Positions 31,335 through 42,124 of a stretch of 64,000 nucleotides of DNA are shown here, in pieces; position 1 is the stretch's first letter, and every line of letters starts with the position of its first letter. The stretch spans positions 32,001 to 96,000 of the forward strand of contig OY969564.1 of NCBI GenBank assembly GCA_963701095.1, in the 5' to 3' direction. The position numbers and the translations under genes are program-made. A model generated the notes under the pieces. That model was not told where the DNA came from, did no database searches, and was given only the letters and a program-made list of their open reading frames with translations. Source of the stretch: an uncultured Methanoregulaceae archaeon. Its GTDB lineage: Archaea > Halobacteriota > Methanomicrobia > Methanomicrobiales > Methanospirillaceae.

Positions 31335-31367
31335 TTCAGCGTCCGATTCAACTTCAGGATGTGTGAA
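31335..31367 (+). promoter_or_regulatory. Predicted hairpin directly after the leader stop, covering the cimA SD-like site
   Basis: TTCAGCGTCC (31335-31344) pairs with GGATGTGTGAA (31357-31367) using two G-U pairs and one bulge; ATG at 31372. Confidence 0.55.
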
Positions 31368-31371
31368 AAAT

Positions 31372-32889
31372 ATGGATTTAGATAAAACCTGTTCATTTCC
31401 GAATAATCTGTTCGCAAGGAAATTGCGCTTTTTTGATACCACGCTACGGGACGGGGAACAGACCCCGGGGGTATCGTTGAACCCGGACCAGAAATTGGAG
31501 ATTGCAACCAGATTGGCAGCGGTAGGTGTCGATGTCATTGAGGCCGGCTCAGCGGCGGCATCAGCCGGGGAACAGGATGCGATCCGGCTCATCTCCGGTG
31601 CGGGGCTCCCGGTAGAAACGTGCACATTTGTCCGGGCAGTCCGATCCGATATCGATTATGCCGCTGACAACGGTGCCGATTCAGTCCATTTGGTAATACC
31701 GGTTAGCGACCTTCACATCGAAAAGAAGATGCGAAAAACCCGCGATCAGGTTGCAGAGATGGCCTGGAACTCGGTCGAGTACGCAAAAAGCCGGGGACTT
31801 ATTGTAGAACTTTCGGGAGAAGATGCTTCCCGGGCGGACCAGCAGTTCCTGTCCGCCGTTTTTTCCGGGGGAGTAGAGCGCGGTGCCGACCGGCTTTGTT
31901 TCTGTGACACGGTGGGTCTCCTGACGCCAGAGAAGATTGCGGAAATTATCCCGCCGCTTGCCGGCATCGCTCCGCTTTCGATCCACTGCCACGATGACCT
32001 CGGTTTTGCGCTTGCAAACACCGTTGCTGCGTTAAAATCTGGTGCAGGTTGTGCCCACTCAACAGTGAACGGTCTTGGCGAACGTGCCGGCAATACACCC
32101 TTCGAGGAACTCGTGCTCTCTCTTGAGGTACTCTACGGATACCAGACCGGGATAAAAAAAGAAGAGATATATGCCCTTTCCACGCTGGTATCCCGGCTAA
32201 CCGGTGTCCCGCTACCGGTGAATAAAGCCGTTGTGGGTGAGATGGCGTTTACCCACGAAAGCGGTATCCACGCGCACGGCGTGATCCGGGAACCGGCTAC
32301 CTATGAGTCAATACGGCCGGAACAGGTGGGAAGGCGGCGCCGGATCGTTCTTGGGAAACATTCTGGTTCGGCCTCGGTTGAAGCTGCACTGCACGAGATG
32401 AAGTACGCGCCAAACGATCAGCAGCTTAGAGCCATTGTTTCCCGGATAAAAGATTTGGGCGATTCGGGAAAACGTGTCAGCGATGCCGATCTCATGGCGG
32501 TTGCCGATTCAGTCCTTGCCATGGAATGCAGGCCCACCATCAAGCTGCGGCAGTTTACTGTCGTTTCCGGGAGTAACATGATACCCACGGCATCGGTCAC
32601 GCTCGAAGTAAAAGGAAAAGAGATGACCGGTGCTGCAACAGGAGACGGGCCCGTCGATGCTGCGATGCAGGTACTGGCGCAATCGGTCGCCGATGTAGGG
32701 AACATACGACTCGAAGAATATCATGTTGACGCGATCAGCGGTGGAACGGATGCATTGGTTGAAGTGACTGTAATGTTAAGTAAAGACGGGAAGATAATTA
32801 CTTCACGGGGCGCGCGCACGGATATAATCATGGCGAGCGTTGAGGCGATGATCGCCGGAATGAATAGACTACTTGAGGAACGAACATGA
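31372..32889 (+). CDS. cimA: (R)-citramalate synthase (LeuA/CimA family)
   Basis: [27 protein letters not shown], regulatory domain GDGPVDA; CimA rather than LeuA is inferred from linkage to ilvBN and the Ile-rich leader. Confidence 0.75.
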   Translation: MDLDKTCSFPNNLFARKLRFFDTTLRDGEQTPGVSLNPDQKLEIATRLAAVGVDVIEAGSAAASAGEQDAIRLISGAGLPVETCTFVRAVRSDIDYAADNGADSVHLVIPVSDLHIEKKMRKTRDQVAEMAWNSVEYAKSRGLIVELSGEDASRADQQFLSAVFSGGVERGADRLCFCDTVGLLTPEKIAEIIPPLAGIAPLSIHCHDDLGFALANTVAALKSGAGCAHSTVNGLGERAGNTPFEELVLSLEVLYGYQTGIKKEEIYALSTLVSRLTGVPLPVNKAVVGEMAFTHESGIHAHGVIREPATYESIRPEQVGRRRRIVLGKHSGSASVEAALHEMKYAPNDQQLRAIVSRIKDLGDSGKRVSDADLMAVADSVLAMECRPTIKLRQFTVVSGSNMIPTASVTLEVKGKEMTGAATGDGPVDAAMQVLAQSVADVGNIRLEEYHVDAISGGTDALVEVTVMLSKDGKIITSRGARTDIIMASVEAMIAGMNRLLEERT

Positions 32890-34564
32890 AAACCGGGGCA
32901 AAACTCCTTGTTGAATCACTGCAGCGTGAGGGTACCGATACATTGTTTGGTTACCCTGGCGGTTCAGTGTTGCCGATCTATGATGAACTCTACGATTCAC
33001 CATTGCGGCATATCCTGGTACGGCACGAACAGGCAGCAGCGCATGCCGCAGACGGCTATGCACGCGCGAGCGGCCGGGTAGGTGTATGTCTTGCCACCTC
33101 GGGTCCTGGAGCCTGTAACCTTGTCACCGGGATAGCAACTGCGTATATGGACTCGGTCCCTGTTGTGGCCATTACCGGCCAAGTGCCCACAACGATGCTC
33201 GGAAACGATGCGTTCCAGGAATCGGATATCCAGGGCATCACGATGCCTATCACCAAACATAATTACCTGGTAAAGGACACTTCGGATATTCCCCGCGTGG
33301 TAAAAGAGGCATTTTATATCGCCGGTACCGGTCGTCCGGGTCCGGTACTTATCGATCTGCCAAAGGATGTCAATACCCGGTCGGTCAAGGAACCGGTCGT
33401 CCCGGATAAAGTGATTCTCCGTGGCTACAACCCGACCTATAAAGGACATAAACGCCAGATCGATAAAGCGATTGAACTTATCATGGCAGCGGAACGCCCG
33501 CTCATTTACGCCGGTGGCGGTGTTATTATTTCCAACGCATCCCCGCAGTTAATAGCATTTGTGTCCGGCCACGGTATTCCGGTCACGACCACCCTGATGG
33601 GTATCGGCTGTATCCCCGGCGATCACCCGCTCAACCTTGGCATGCTGGGTATGCATGGCACAGAATATGCAAATTTCGCGGTCACCGAATGCGATCTTCT
33701 CATTGCGATCGGTGCGCGATTCGATGACCGTGTTACCGGAAAGATTGAAACTTTCGCACCTCATGCAAAAGTGATCCATATCGATATCGACCCTGCAGAA
33801 ATAGGAAAGAACAAACATGTGGATGTACCGATTGTGGGCGACATTAAAGCAGTGCTTACAGATATGATGGCCGGTCTTGCAAAAAAGAATGCCTGTGAGG
33901 CCTGGCAGAAAAAGATAAAGCACTGGCGACAGCACCATCCTCTCCGGTTTGGTAAAGAGAACGGGTGCCTGCACCCCCAATTCATTCTCCAGCAGATGAA
34001 TGAATTGTTACAAGGGGATGCAGTCATTGTCTCTGAGGTTGGCCAGAACCAGATGTGGACCGCCCAGTACTTCTGTTTCCGTTATCCCCGCACCTGGATC
34101 ACCTCTGGCGGGCTTGGCACGATGGGTTATGGATTTCCTGCGGCGATAGGGGCGCACTTTGCCAGGCCCGATCTCCCGGTCTTTGATGTTGCCGGCGACG
34201 GTAGTATCCAGATGAATATCCAGGAAATGGGGACTGTGGCCCAGTATAAGATCCCGGTAAAGATTGCCATTCTTAATAATATGTACCTGGGCATGGTGCG
34301 CCAGTGGCAGGAGCTTTCTACGACCGGCGCTATTCCTATACCGAGCTTCCGCCGGTGGAGTTCACAAAGATTGCACAGGCATATGGTATTGAAGGGATAA
34401 AAGTGGAGTCCTGCGACGAGGTCATGCCGGCATTACAGGCAGCAGTTGATAATGACGGGCCGTTTGTCCTGGACTTCAGGATTGAACGGGAGGAAAATGT
34501 GTTTCCCATGGTACCGGCCGGTGCAGCCATTAACGAGATGATCGGGGGGCATCCGCGATCATGA
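32886..34564 (+). CDS. ilvB: Acetolactate synthase large subunit (frameshift near 34317)
   Basis: [44 protein letters not shown]; one added T restores ELFYDRRYS. Confidence 0.93.
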
Positions 34565-35064
34565 AAGCACATACATTGTCCGTACTTGTGGAAAATAAGG
34601 CCGGGGTACTATCCCGGGTTACCGGTCTCTTCTCCCGGCGCGGTTTTAACATCGAGAGCCTTGCTGTGGGAACCTGCGAGGAACCGGACATGAGCCGGAT
34701 CACGATCGTGGTGATCGGTGATGATGCCCAGGTTGAGCAGGTAATGAAACAACTCAACAAGCTTATCGATGTGATTAAGGTCTCGGATCTTACCGACGGC
34801 GAACGGGTTGAGCGAGAGCTTGCGCTTTTCAAGGTGTCAGCCGAACAAGGCTCAACCCGTGCCGAGATTATGCAGATTGCAACCATCTTCCGGGCCCAGA
34901 TAGTAGATGTGGGTGCAAGGTCGGTAATCCTCCAGATAGCTGGTGATACCGGAAAGATCGAAGCAATGGAGAAACTTCTGCGCCAGTTTGGGATCAAGGA
35001 GCTGATTCGGACAGGTAAGATAGGGATTTTGCGCGGCACAAAGACAGTTACTAGCAGCAAATAA
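34561..35064 (+). CDS. ilvN: Acetolactate synthase regulatory subunit
   Basis: LVENKAGVLSRV.GLFSRRGFNIESL, KQLNKLIDV motifs. Confidence 0.95.
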   Translation: MKAHTLSVLVENKAGVLSRVTGLFSRRGFNIESLAVGTCEEPDMSRITIVVIGDDAQVEQVMKQLNKLIDVIKVSDLTDGERVERELALFKVSAEQGSTRAEIMQIATIFRAQIVDVGARSVILQIAGDTGKIEAMEKLLRQFGIKELIRTGKIGILRGTKTVTSSK

Positions 35065-35094
35065 TTTTTCTTTTTCTTATTAAAAATAAAAAAA

Positions 35095-36678
35095 TTAGAA
35101 GATCAGCATCAGGCACAACATAATGCCGGTGATAATAGTCAGCACAATTGCAAAAGGTGCAACTTTGCGGACAACCTCTCCTTCAATACCGATCTTATCA
35201 ACTACTGCAGCCGCATTAATGATCTTTGCTACCGCAATACCGGATGCAATACCCCCAGCAACCATATGGGCTGCGTAGACCTGTATGAAGTTAAGGTTAA
35301 GCATCTCGGTTGATTTTTTGAGGATACCGTAGAACATGACGTTTGACGAGGTTTCACTGCCCGATACAAACGATCCGAACAGACCCAGCGACGGGCTGAT
35401 CAGCGGGAATGCAATGCCAAATGCAAGAGCAAGAACCGTACCGATAACAATGTTCATGTTGAAACCGGAAGCTCCTGGTGCAAAGGTGAGTGCACCGTTG
35501 ATTACCGACTTTCCTGACCAGTCCATGACATAGGCGATGGCAAAAAAGACTATCGCGGCAAGCACCGGACTCCATGAGCGTTTCAGCCAAACGGTAGTGA
35601 TCTTTTTGAGTTCGTCTTTTGACCGGATCAAAAACGGTGCAGTAATAATGGTACTTACCAGAACCCAGAAGTAAGCCTGGGTCAGGAGTTTGAGGTTGAC
35701 GATCTGGTCAGCCATGACGTGAAGCTTCTGCAAATTACCAAGGGACGCAAGAAGTGCCCCCTGGATTACGGGAATGCTGATGATGATACAGAAGATCACG
35801 AGCGCAAGCCAGGGGAGTGATGCCTTCCAGAGCGGCATCTTATTCTTACGTTCCTCCCTGGCTTTTGCTATTTCAGCTGGTTCGGAAACATCAAGCGGCC
35901 TGCCTCTGATCTTCCTCATCAGGAAGAGAACTGCAACGGTAACAATGCCAGAGAAGACACCAACGAGACCTATTGCCGCTGCGGGAAGGACATGGACAAA
36001 CAAAATCGCACAAAGCCCGAGCGTCAGGCCTGCGACGAGTGCCGTGAGGAATCCTTTTCTTACACCGGCGATACCATCGGCGACCCAAAGCATGGCAAGT
36101 GCAATACCCGTCGAAATCACCGGCAGGAACCACGCCACCGTGATCCCGAGGGTTTTTACATCTAAGCCGAATGCAGCTGCCGGCAGTGTTATGGGAACAG
36201 CTAAGAGCGAGAACGATGTAAGCGGGTCATATCCCATACAGGGAAGGGCTACTGCTGCAAGCGGCGAGAAACCGAGCGCCAGCATAATAGGCGGGAGCAT
36301 GGTTACCGGTGTTGCACCAATAGAGACTAAAAACGTCCCGAACCCGACGTTCAGGATCATAATTTGCTCGTACCGTTCTGCGGCAATCGTTTTGATGTAA
36401 GCTGTTATACTTGCGATCGCGCCCGTGATGTCCATCATCGTGACCTGCAGGATGGTAAAGAGTACCATCAGGGAGATCCCAAATGATGAGAGTACGCCGT
36501 ACCAAGATGCAGCAAGTGCTACAGAAATATCGGTCTGGAAAAAGAAGACCGCGATGATCACCGTCAGAATCCATCCAAGGACGCCCATGAGCGTCCCGGA
36601 CTGTCTGAAGAAGACAAGTCCGATAAAGACCATGAGAATGGGCAGTATGGCCAGAATAAACTGAATAACAAGATCCAC
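35095..36678 (-). CDS. L-lactate permease (LctP family) transporter
   Basis: Many TM helices; LLAVPIT, LGLFGSFVSGSETSSNVMF motifs. Confidence 0.78.
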   Translation of the reverse strand: MDLVIQFILAILPILMVFIGLVFFRQSGTLMGVLGWILTVIIAVFFFQTDISVALAASWYGVLSSFGISLMVLFTILQVTMMDITGAIASITAYIKTIAAERYEQIMILNVGFGTFLVSIGATPVTMLPPIMLALGFSPLAAVALPCMGYDPLTSFSLLAVPITLPAAAFGLDVKTLGITVAWFLPVISTGIALAMLWVADGIAGVRKGFLTALVAGLTLGLCAILFVHVLPAAAIGLVGVFSGIVTVAVLFLMRKIRGRPLDVSEPAEIAKAREERKNKMPLWKASLPWLALVIFCIIISIPVIQGALLASLGNLQKLHVMADQIVNLKLLTQAYFWVLVSTIITAPFLIRSKDELKKITTVWLKRSWSPVLAAIVFFAIAYVMDWSGKSVINGALTFAPGASGFNMNIVIGTVLALAFGIAFPLISPSLGLFGSFVSGSETSSNVMFYGILKKSTEMLNLNFIQVYAAHMVAGGIASGIAVAKIINAAAVVDKIGIEGEVVRKVAPFAIVLTIITGIMLCLMLIF

Positions 36679-36810
36679 TTTGATCTACCCTCCGGGGTGT
36701 AAACTATTGGTCTGCTATGCCATAGCATAACATTATCGTTTTTGATCCGGCAGCATAGTGATCACGGTCAGGGTGAAATGCTATAGGTACCGCCAGCCTA
36801 TAATTGGGCA

Positions 36811-38123
36811 GTGAAAACAGCAATTCTCGGGGGCGGTTTATCCGGCCTTACTCTGGCCCGGCTCCTTTACGAAAAAGACACCGATCTCGTGATCGTCGAA
36901 GCCGAACCTGAATATGGCGGACTCTGCCGGTCATGTGTCTCGAATGGCTTCACCTTCGATACCGGTGGGTCCCATATCATCTTTTCACGGGATACCGAAG
37001 TCCTTGGCTTTATGCGGCAGATGATCCGGGGAAACGAACAGAAAAATATCCGGAACACGAAGATTTTTTATAAAGGCCGGTATGTCAAGTATCCATTCGA
37101 GAACGGCCTTGGCGATCTGTCGGCAGAGGACCGTTTCTTCTGTATCAGTGAATTTATCAAGACGCTTGTCGCCGTCGAAAAAGGGGAACTTGAGCCACCC
37201 CGGACATTCAGGGACTGGATCTATTATACGTTCGGTAAAGGTATTGCCGAATGCTACATGGTGCCGTACAACGAGAAGATCTGGAAGTACCCGACCGATC
37301 ACATGTCGCTTCACTGGGTGGACGGCCGGATCCCGCGGCCACCGGTCGACGACGTGATTAAATCTGCAATTGGTATAGCCACCGAGGGGTATACCCACCA
37401 GTCAGTCTTCTCATATCCGCTTGACGGAGGAATCGAGGCGCTGATAAAAGCAATTGCGCGACCGGTCGAGCCGTTTATAAAAACAGCATTCCGGATCCGT
37501 TCGCTCAGGAAAGAGGGTACGCGGTGGCTTATCAGCGATGGCAGGGAAACTATCGAGGCGGACCGTGTCATTTCAACGATCCCTGTCCAGCACCTCATTG
37601 CAGCTCTTCGGGATGTACCCCGGAAGTAAAGACAGCCTGCGATGATCTCACGTATAACTCACTCATCTGTGTTAATATCGGTCTCCGCGGTGATGTCCCG
37701 GATTACTCCTGGCTTTACATTCCCGACCACGAGCTTGGTTTGACCAACCGAATCTCGTTTCCGTCACAGTACAGCAGGCACGTGGCTCCTGAAGGATGCA
37801 GTTCGGTCCTCGCGGAAATTACCTACCGGCCTAGCGATCCCGTCGCCCGGATGAGCGACCAGAACATCATTGCTGAGGTTACCGGAATGCTCGAAACAAT
37901 GGCTATTCTTATTCCGGATAATGTTGTTTTCTCCTCGGTAATGCGCCAACCATTCGCTTATGTCGTTTATGACAAAAAGTATCAGGAAAATATAGCCATT
38001 GTCCGGGAATACTGCACAGGGATCGGGATCCCTCTCGTGGGCCGGTTTGCCCAATTCGAGTATCTTAATATGGACGGGTGCATCCGGAGTGTACTGGATT
38101 TTGTGGAATCCTATCCGGTATAG
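36811..38123 (+). CDS. FAD-dependent oxidoreductase (protoporphyrinogen-oxidase / UDP-galactopyranose-mutase-like; frameshift near 37620)
   Basis: GGGLSGL, GGLCRS..GF.FD.GG.H, PYNEKIW, AYVVYD, GRFAQFEY.NMD motifs. Confidence 0.82.
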
Positions 38124-38196
38124 GTGGTTATCGGTTCCCGTACATCAGGCTTATCATCCGCCAGCCTAAAAAATGTACAGGAGTTTATTACGCTGT

Positions 38197-38895
38197 ATGA
38201 TATCGGTCATTGTCCCCTCCTTTAATGAAGAGGAGAACATAGCCCAGTGCCTGGTCTCGCTCTCTCACCAGACGGTGAATAAAAACGAGTACGAGATCAT
38301 CGTTGTCGATGGCGGGTCTACCGACAAGACCTGCGAGATTGCCCGGAAGTATGCCGACAAGGTCTTTATCCAGAAGAGTAAGAAAGTCGGCGGTGCCAGA
38401 AACGATGGGGTGATGGCTGCAAAAGGCGACATCATTGCCTCAACCGATGCCGACTGTATCCTCCCCCCGGATTGGATCGAGCGTATCAAGAATGATTTTA
38501 CCGATCCGGCTGTCGTTCAGGTCTATGGTACGGTGTATCCTATTCAGGACAGCGTGGGTAACCACTTCTCCCTCCTGCTTGCAAATACCTTCTCCCGGAC
38601 CGGGTATTACAGCCGCACCTTCTATTACACTCTTGGCTGTAACACGGCGTTTCGTAAAGACGCATTCATAAAAGCAGGTATGTACCGGTGCATTGATGCC
38701 GGGGACGATCTCGAGATTGCCATGCGCCTGAAAGATATGGGGAAGATCAAATTCGACGGTAAGTTGAAAGTCGGGTTCTCGATGCGCCGGTACCAGCAGT
38801 ACGGTACATTCAAATCTGTTTACGAGTGGCTTTACATTGTGGCCCATGGCGGAGAGACCCAGAAGTATGCCTACACCCAGAAAAAATACAAATGA
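38197..38895 (+). CDS. GT2 glycosyltransferase
   Basis: SVIVPSFNEE, VVDGGSTD, ARN.G, TDAD, GDDLE, S.RR motifs. Confidence 0.9.
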   Translation: MISVIVPSFNEEENIAQCLVSLSHQTVNKNEYEIIVVDGGSTDKTCEIARKYADKVFIQKSKKVGGARNDGVMAAKGDIIASTDADCILPPDWIERIKNDFTDPAVVQVYGTVYPIQDSVGNHFSLLLANTFSRTGYYSRTFYYTLGCNTAFRKDAFIKAGMYRCIDAGDDLEIAMRLKDMGKIKFDGKLKVGFSMRRYQQYGTFKSVYEWLYIVAHGGETQKYAYTQKKYK

Positions 38896-39107
38896 TTTTT
38901 ACTTATATTGGATAATCCGCGAGTGATTTCCAGAAAATCGACAGAAATTTTTTTTGCTGATTCTCTCAGAAGAGAAGATTTTCGGTTTTTTTAATACCCC
39001 GATCAGTTTCAGAAAAGCGGGGGGAGAGGGATTTCCCCGGTATTCTCGCGTTCACGGGATTCGCTGTAGAGATCCCGTTTATGGTTCCTGTTGAATTGGA
39101 GGTTTAC

Positions 39108-39255
39108 CTAAGATAATGCGGCAACCATCTGTGGTGCGGGGGTACTAGTGGCCACACCTTTGGTAAACGACAGAACAACGTTGTAGTTCCCCGGTGTCGT
39201 GTAGGTGCATGTGGAGTTCTGGACAAACCCCGAAGCGGTTGGTAACTTCCAGATG
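39108..39255 (-). pseudogene. Probable remnant of a Kelch-PKD surface-protein gene
   Basis: DIWKLPTASGFVQNSTCTYTTPGNYNVVL resembles DVWRMQTASAFGENPVHIYTTPSNSFNVTL in the 25877-28585 protein. Confidence 0.5.
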
Positions 39256-40770
39256 TCAGGGATTATGCCGGAACTTACCGGGTGGAACCAGCATCTCAAA
39301 ACGGGCACCTTCCCCGAAAACGCCCGTTTCAGTTATGGTTATATCGGTAATTGCCAGGATCTCTCGTACCAATAAAAGCCCTACACCCTGGCGGGGGTCT
39401 GCATGGTGTTCAAAGATTTTTAATTTTTGCGATGGATGGATCCCTACCCCGTTATCGGCATAGGTCAGGACAAGGCCATCAGGCCGTTCCTGACTGCTGA
39501 ACCTGATCTCGGTAACCGTTTCACCATTTTTAAGCGAGTTCTCGATAAAATAATTAAATAGGTTCTCAAGGAGCGGATCTGCAAAGATATCATAGTCTTT
39601 GAATTCCAGCACAACCGGGATCCCCTGAGTGTCGATACTGGAAATGATCTGTTTCAGATTCTTCCAAACGGGCAGGGTCATCCCTACCTTCTCGTACTCC
39701 TGGGTAAAATCAATCTGTTTTTTGATAGAATAGATCAGATCTTTAATTTCTTTGCTGATAGCATGACGTTCATTTTTGGAAGATATTTCTGAAATCATCT
39801 CAGCGCAGCCGATAAGGCCGGCCATCTTATTCCGGATGATATGCCTGGATACGTCATTCATTATGACAAGTTTGCGTTTGGCGAGGATCTCTGCTGCTTC
39901 CGTCTTCTTTTTCTCGGTCATGTCGATAACGATTCCCCGGAAGCCTTTGATCTTATCATCCCGGACAATCGGGATAGTATATGCGGTAATCGGGACGATG
40001 ACCCCATCTTTGCGGACAGCGCGATATTCAGCAGGTCCCCCAGTACGGGCATGGTCGGCAGAAATTTCTTGAAATTCACGGAGCAAGCGGGGTAGGTCTT
40101 CGGGGTAAATGTGGTTTCTGATAATGTATCCTTTTTGGATATCCTCGTCAGTAAGCTGGGTCATCTGCTTGCCCATCCGGTTTATATATGTATATTTCCC
40201 CGTAACATCGGCTTCAAATACCATCTGAGGCAGCATTTCCGTCAGATCATGAAAGCGGATCTCGCTTTCCCGGATGATTTCCTCATCTTTTTTGAGCTTA
40301 TCGTATTGCTGGCGAAGTTCCTCTTCCGCAGCAGCTAACTGTTCGTAGGAAGCCTGTAATTCATAGTTTTTTTCCCTCAGTTCGTCCACGGCTTTGTGGC
40401 GTTGTACTGCCTGGTGGATCTTATGGGCAAGTTCAGCAAACTGGGGCTTTGCCTGTCCACCTTTCTGAAGGTAAAAATCAGCACCGGAATTGATGGCCTC
40501 GATAACAACATCTTCCCGGCCTTTTCCGGTAAAAAGGATGAACGGGATGGAGTTCCCTGATGATCTTACGGTTTTTAATAAGGTGATACCGTCCATCGCC
40601 GGCATCTCATAATCTGATATAATGGCATCGTAATGTGTGACATTTAGCAGGGTTGGAACGTCCGGAGAATAAGAAGTAATATCAACGCGAAATTGATCGG
40701 TTTTCTCTAGGAAAGTTTTGCCTATCTCAAGGAGGTCCGGTTGGTCATCGACGTAGAGAATACGATACAT
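39256..40770 (-). CDS. Hybrid REC - PAS - histidine kinase-like protein
   Basis: Receiver paralogous to 10461-13139; one PAS domain; SRHIIRN H-box; DNGVG. Confidence 0.88.
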   Translation of the reverse strand: MYRILYVDDQPDLLEIGKTFLEKTDQFRVDITSYSPDVPTLLNVTHYDAIISDYEMPAMDGITLLKTVRSSGNSIPFILFTGKGREDVVIEAINSGADFYLQKGGQAKPQFAELAHKIHQAVQRHKAVDELREKNYELQASYEQLAAAEEELRQQYDKLKKDEEIIRESEIRFHDLTEMLPQMVFEADVTGKYTYINRMGKQMTQLTDEDIQKGYIIRNHIYPEDLPRLLREFQEISADHARTGGPAEYRAVRKDGVIVPITAYTIPIVRDDKIKGFRGIVIDMTEKKKTEAAEILAKRKLVIMNDVSRHIIRNKMAGLIGCAEMISEISSKNERHAISKEIKDLIYSIKKQIDFTQEYEKVGMTLPVWKNLKQIISSIDTQGIPVVLEFKDYDIFADPLLENLFNYFIENSLKNGETVTEIRFSSQERPDGLVLTYADNGVGIHPSQKLKIFEHHADPRQGVGLLLVREILAITDITITETGVFGEGARFEMLVPPGKFRHNP

Positions 40771-41300
40771 GAAAACAATATTCTAATCACTATATTAGGT
40801 ATCGTCGTTATTATACCTTATTTTATTACATTTTAATATACAACTTTATTTTTCGTAGATTCATATCGTTTATTTTTATCCACAACGAAGTATCCGTCAT
40901 AAAAACCGGAACTTGTAAAATACGGGAGATCCTGTTCTATGAAATCTCATTCAACGAGTCCAATCTCTAAGGATCATAACGATGCAACTTTGTCCAAATT
41001 GTAATGCGGAAGTCGATGAATGCTTCCGTGGGCTCTGTCAAGTCTTCGGCAGATTGCATTTTATCTTTGGGTTGAAATAATTCAGAACTGCCGACAACTT
41101 GATAATACTCAAATTAGGCTCCAATATATACTGCGCCGTTTCCGAATCAAGTTTCAATCACACCTTTTTTAGGAATGTGGTTGTGATCCCTCGTTAAACT
41201 GCCAAACATTTCCTTCAGAATTTAAAAAAAACTTCTTTCTATTAATTTGTTATAATTAATTTTTCAGTGCATGAAAAAAAATCTCAATCCTCGGCAGAGC

Positions 41301-41627
41301 CTATTTTTTTGAATGGGTATACAGGGTTGCACCTGCTCCGATCCCCGCCGATGCAAGTCCAATCCCTGCTGCAATAACAGAAGGATCGGAGAATGATGAA
41401 GGAGCAACAGTAGTCTGCGTTGCAACAGGTACCACAGGGGTTGCCATTGTCTGAATGGGTGTGACGCTCTCTTTTTGAATATGATTTTCCACCGGCGCCG
41501 AAGAGCCATGGTTTGACGGATTTCCGATTTGTCCCGGACCTCCGGCGGACGCTATCGCAATCATCAACGCCATAAACGAGAGCACGGAAATCAGTATTAT
41601 CTGCCGTGCTGACCATTTTTTTGCCAT
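41301..41627 (-). CDS. Small exported / membrane-anchored protein
   Basis: Signal peptide, T/P-rich linker, C-terminal hydrophobic segment followed by KK. Confidence 0.65.
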   Translation of the reverse strand: MAKKWSARQIILISVLSFMALMIAIASAGGPGQIGNPSNHGSSAPVENHIQKESVTPIQTMATPVVPVATQTTVAPSSFSDPSVIAAGIGLASAGIGAGATLYTHSKK

Positions 41628-41635
41628 AGGGAGAC

Positions 41636-41782
41636 TCAAACCTCCCGGTTCAATATAATGTATCCACAGTCGAGATTTTCCGGCAATTTCTTTTTTCGGT
41701 CCTGGATAGTGACTTTGATAACTTCTGCTTTCTTCTTCTCATATCTGGCATTCTTCGCCGCGTGTCGAACTCTCTTTTTCAT
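41636..41782 (-). CDS. Possible small basic protein (48 aa)
   Basis: MKKRVRHAAKNARYEKKKAEVIKVTIQDRKKKLPENLDCGYIILNREV; GA-rich sequence upstream. Confidence 0.35.
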   Translation of the reverse strand: MKKRVRHAAKNARYEKKKAEVIKVTIQDRKKKLPENLDCGYIILNREV

Positions 41783-42124
41783 GTCAGAAAAAATCTCTCT
41801 CCAGAATATTTATTCCCGTAATACTACTTTCAAAAAATGAAACTTCCCGTCTGTAAAATCCGGTTTATTTTATCCAAACAGAGAGAGAAAATAAAAAATC
41901 CCCGATGCGATTCGACAATACCAATTCCGCTAAGAATCGTGAACCCCGGATCCAGCACATCAGCGAGACTGTGTATAAGCTGCCGCAGCTATGGGATCAC
42001 CACCGTTGCAGCCGATACCAACGTTGACCATCATGTTCGGGGGTGCTCGTACTGTTACCAGGAACAAGGTTTCGTGACACATAGGTATAGTTCAAGTGTA
42101 TTCAGGAAAAATAAAATTAAGCGC

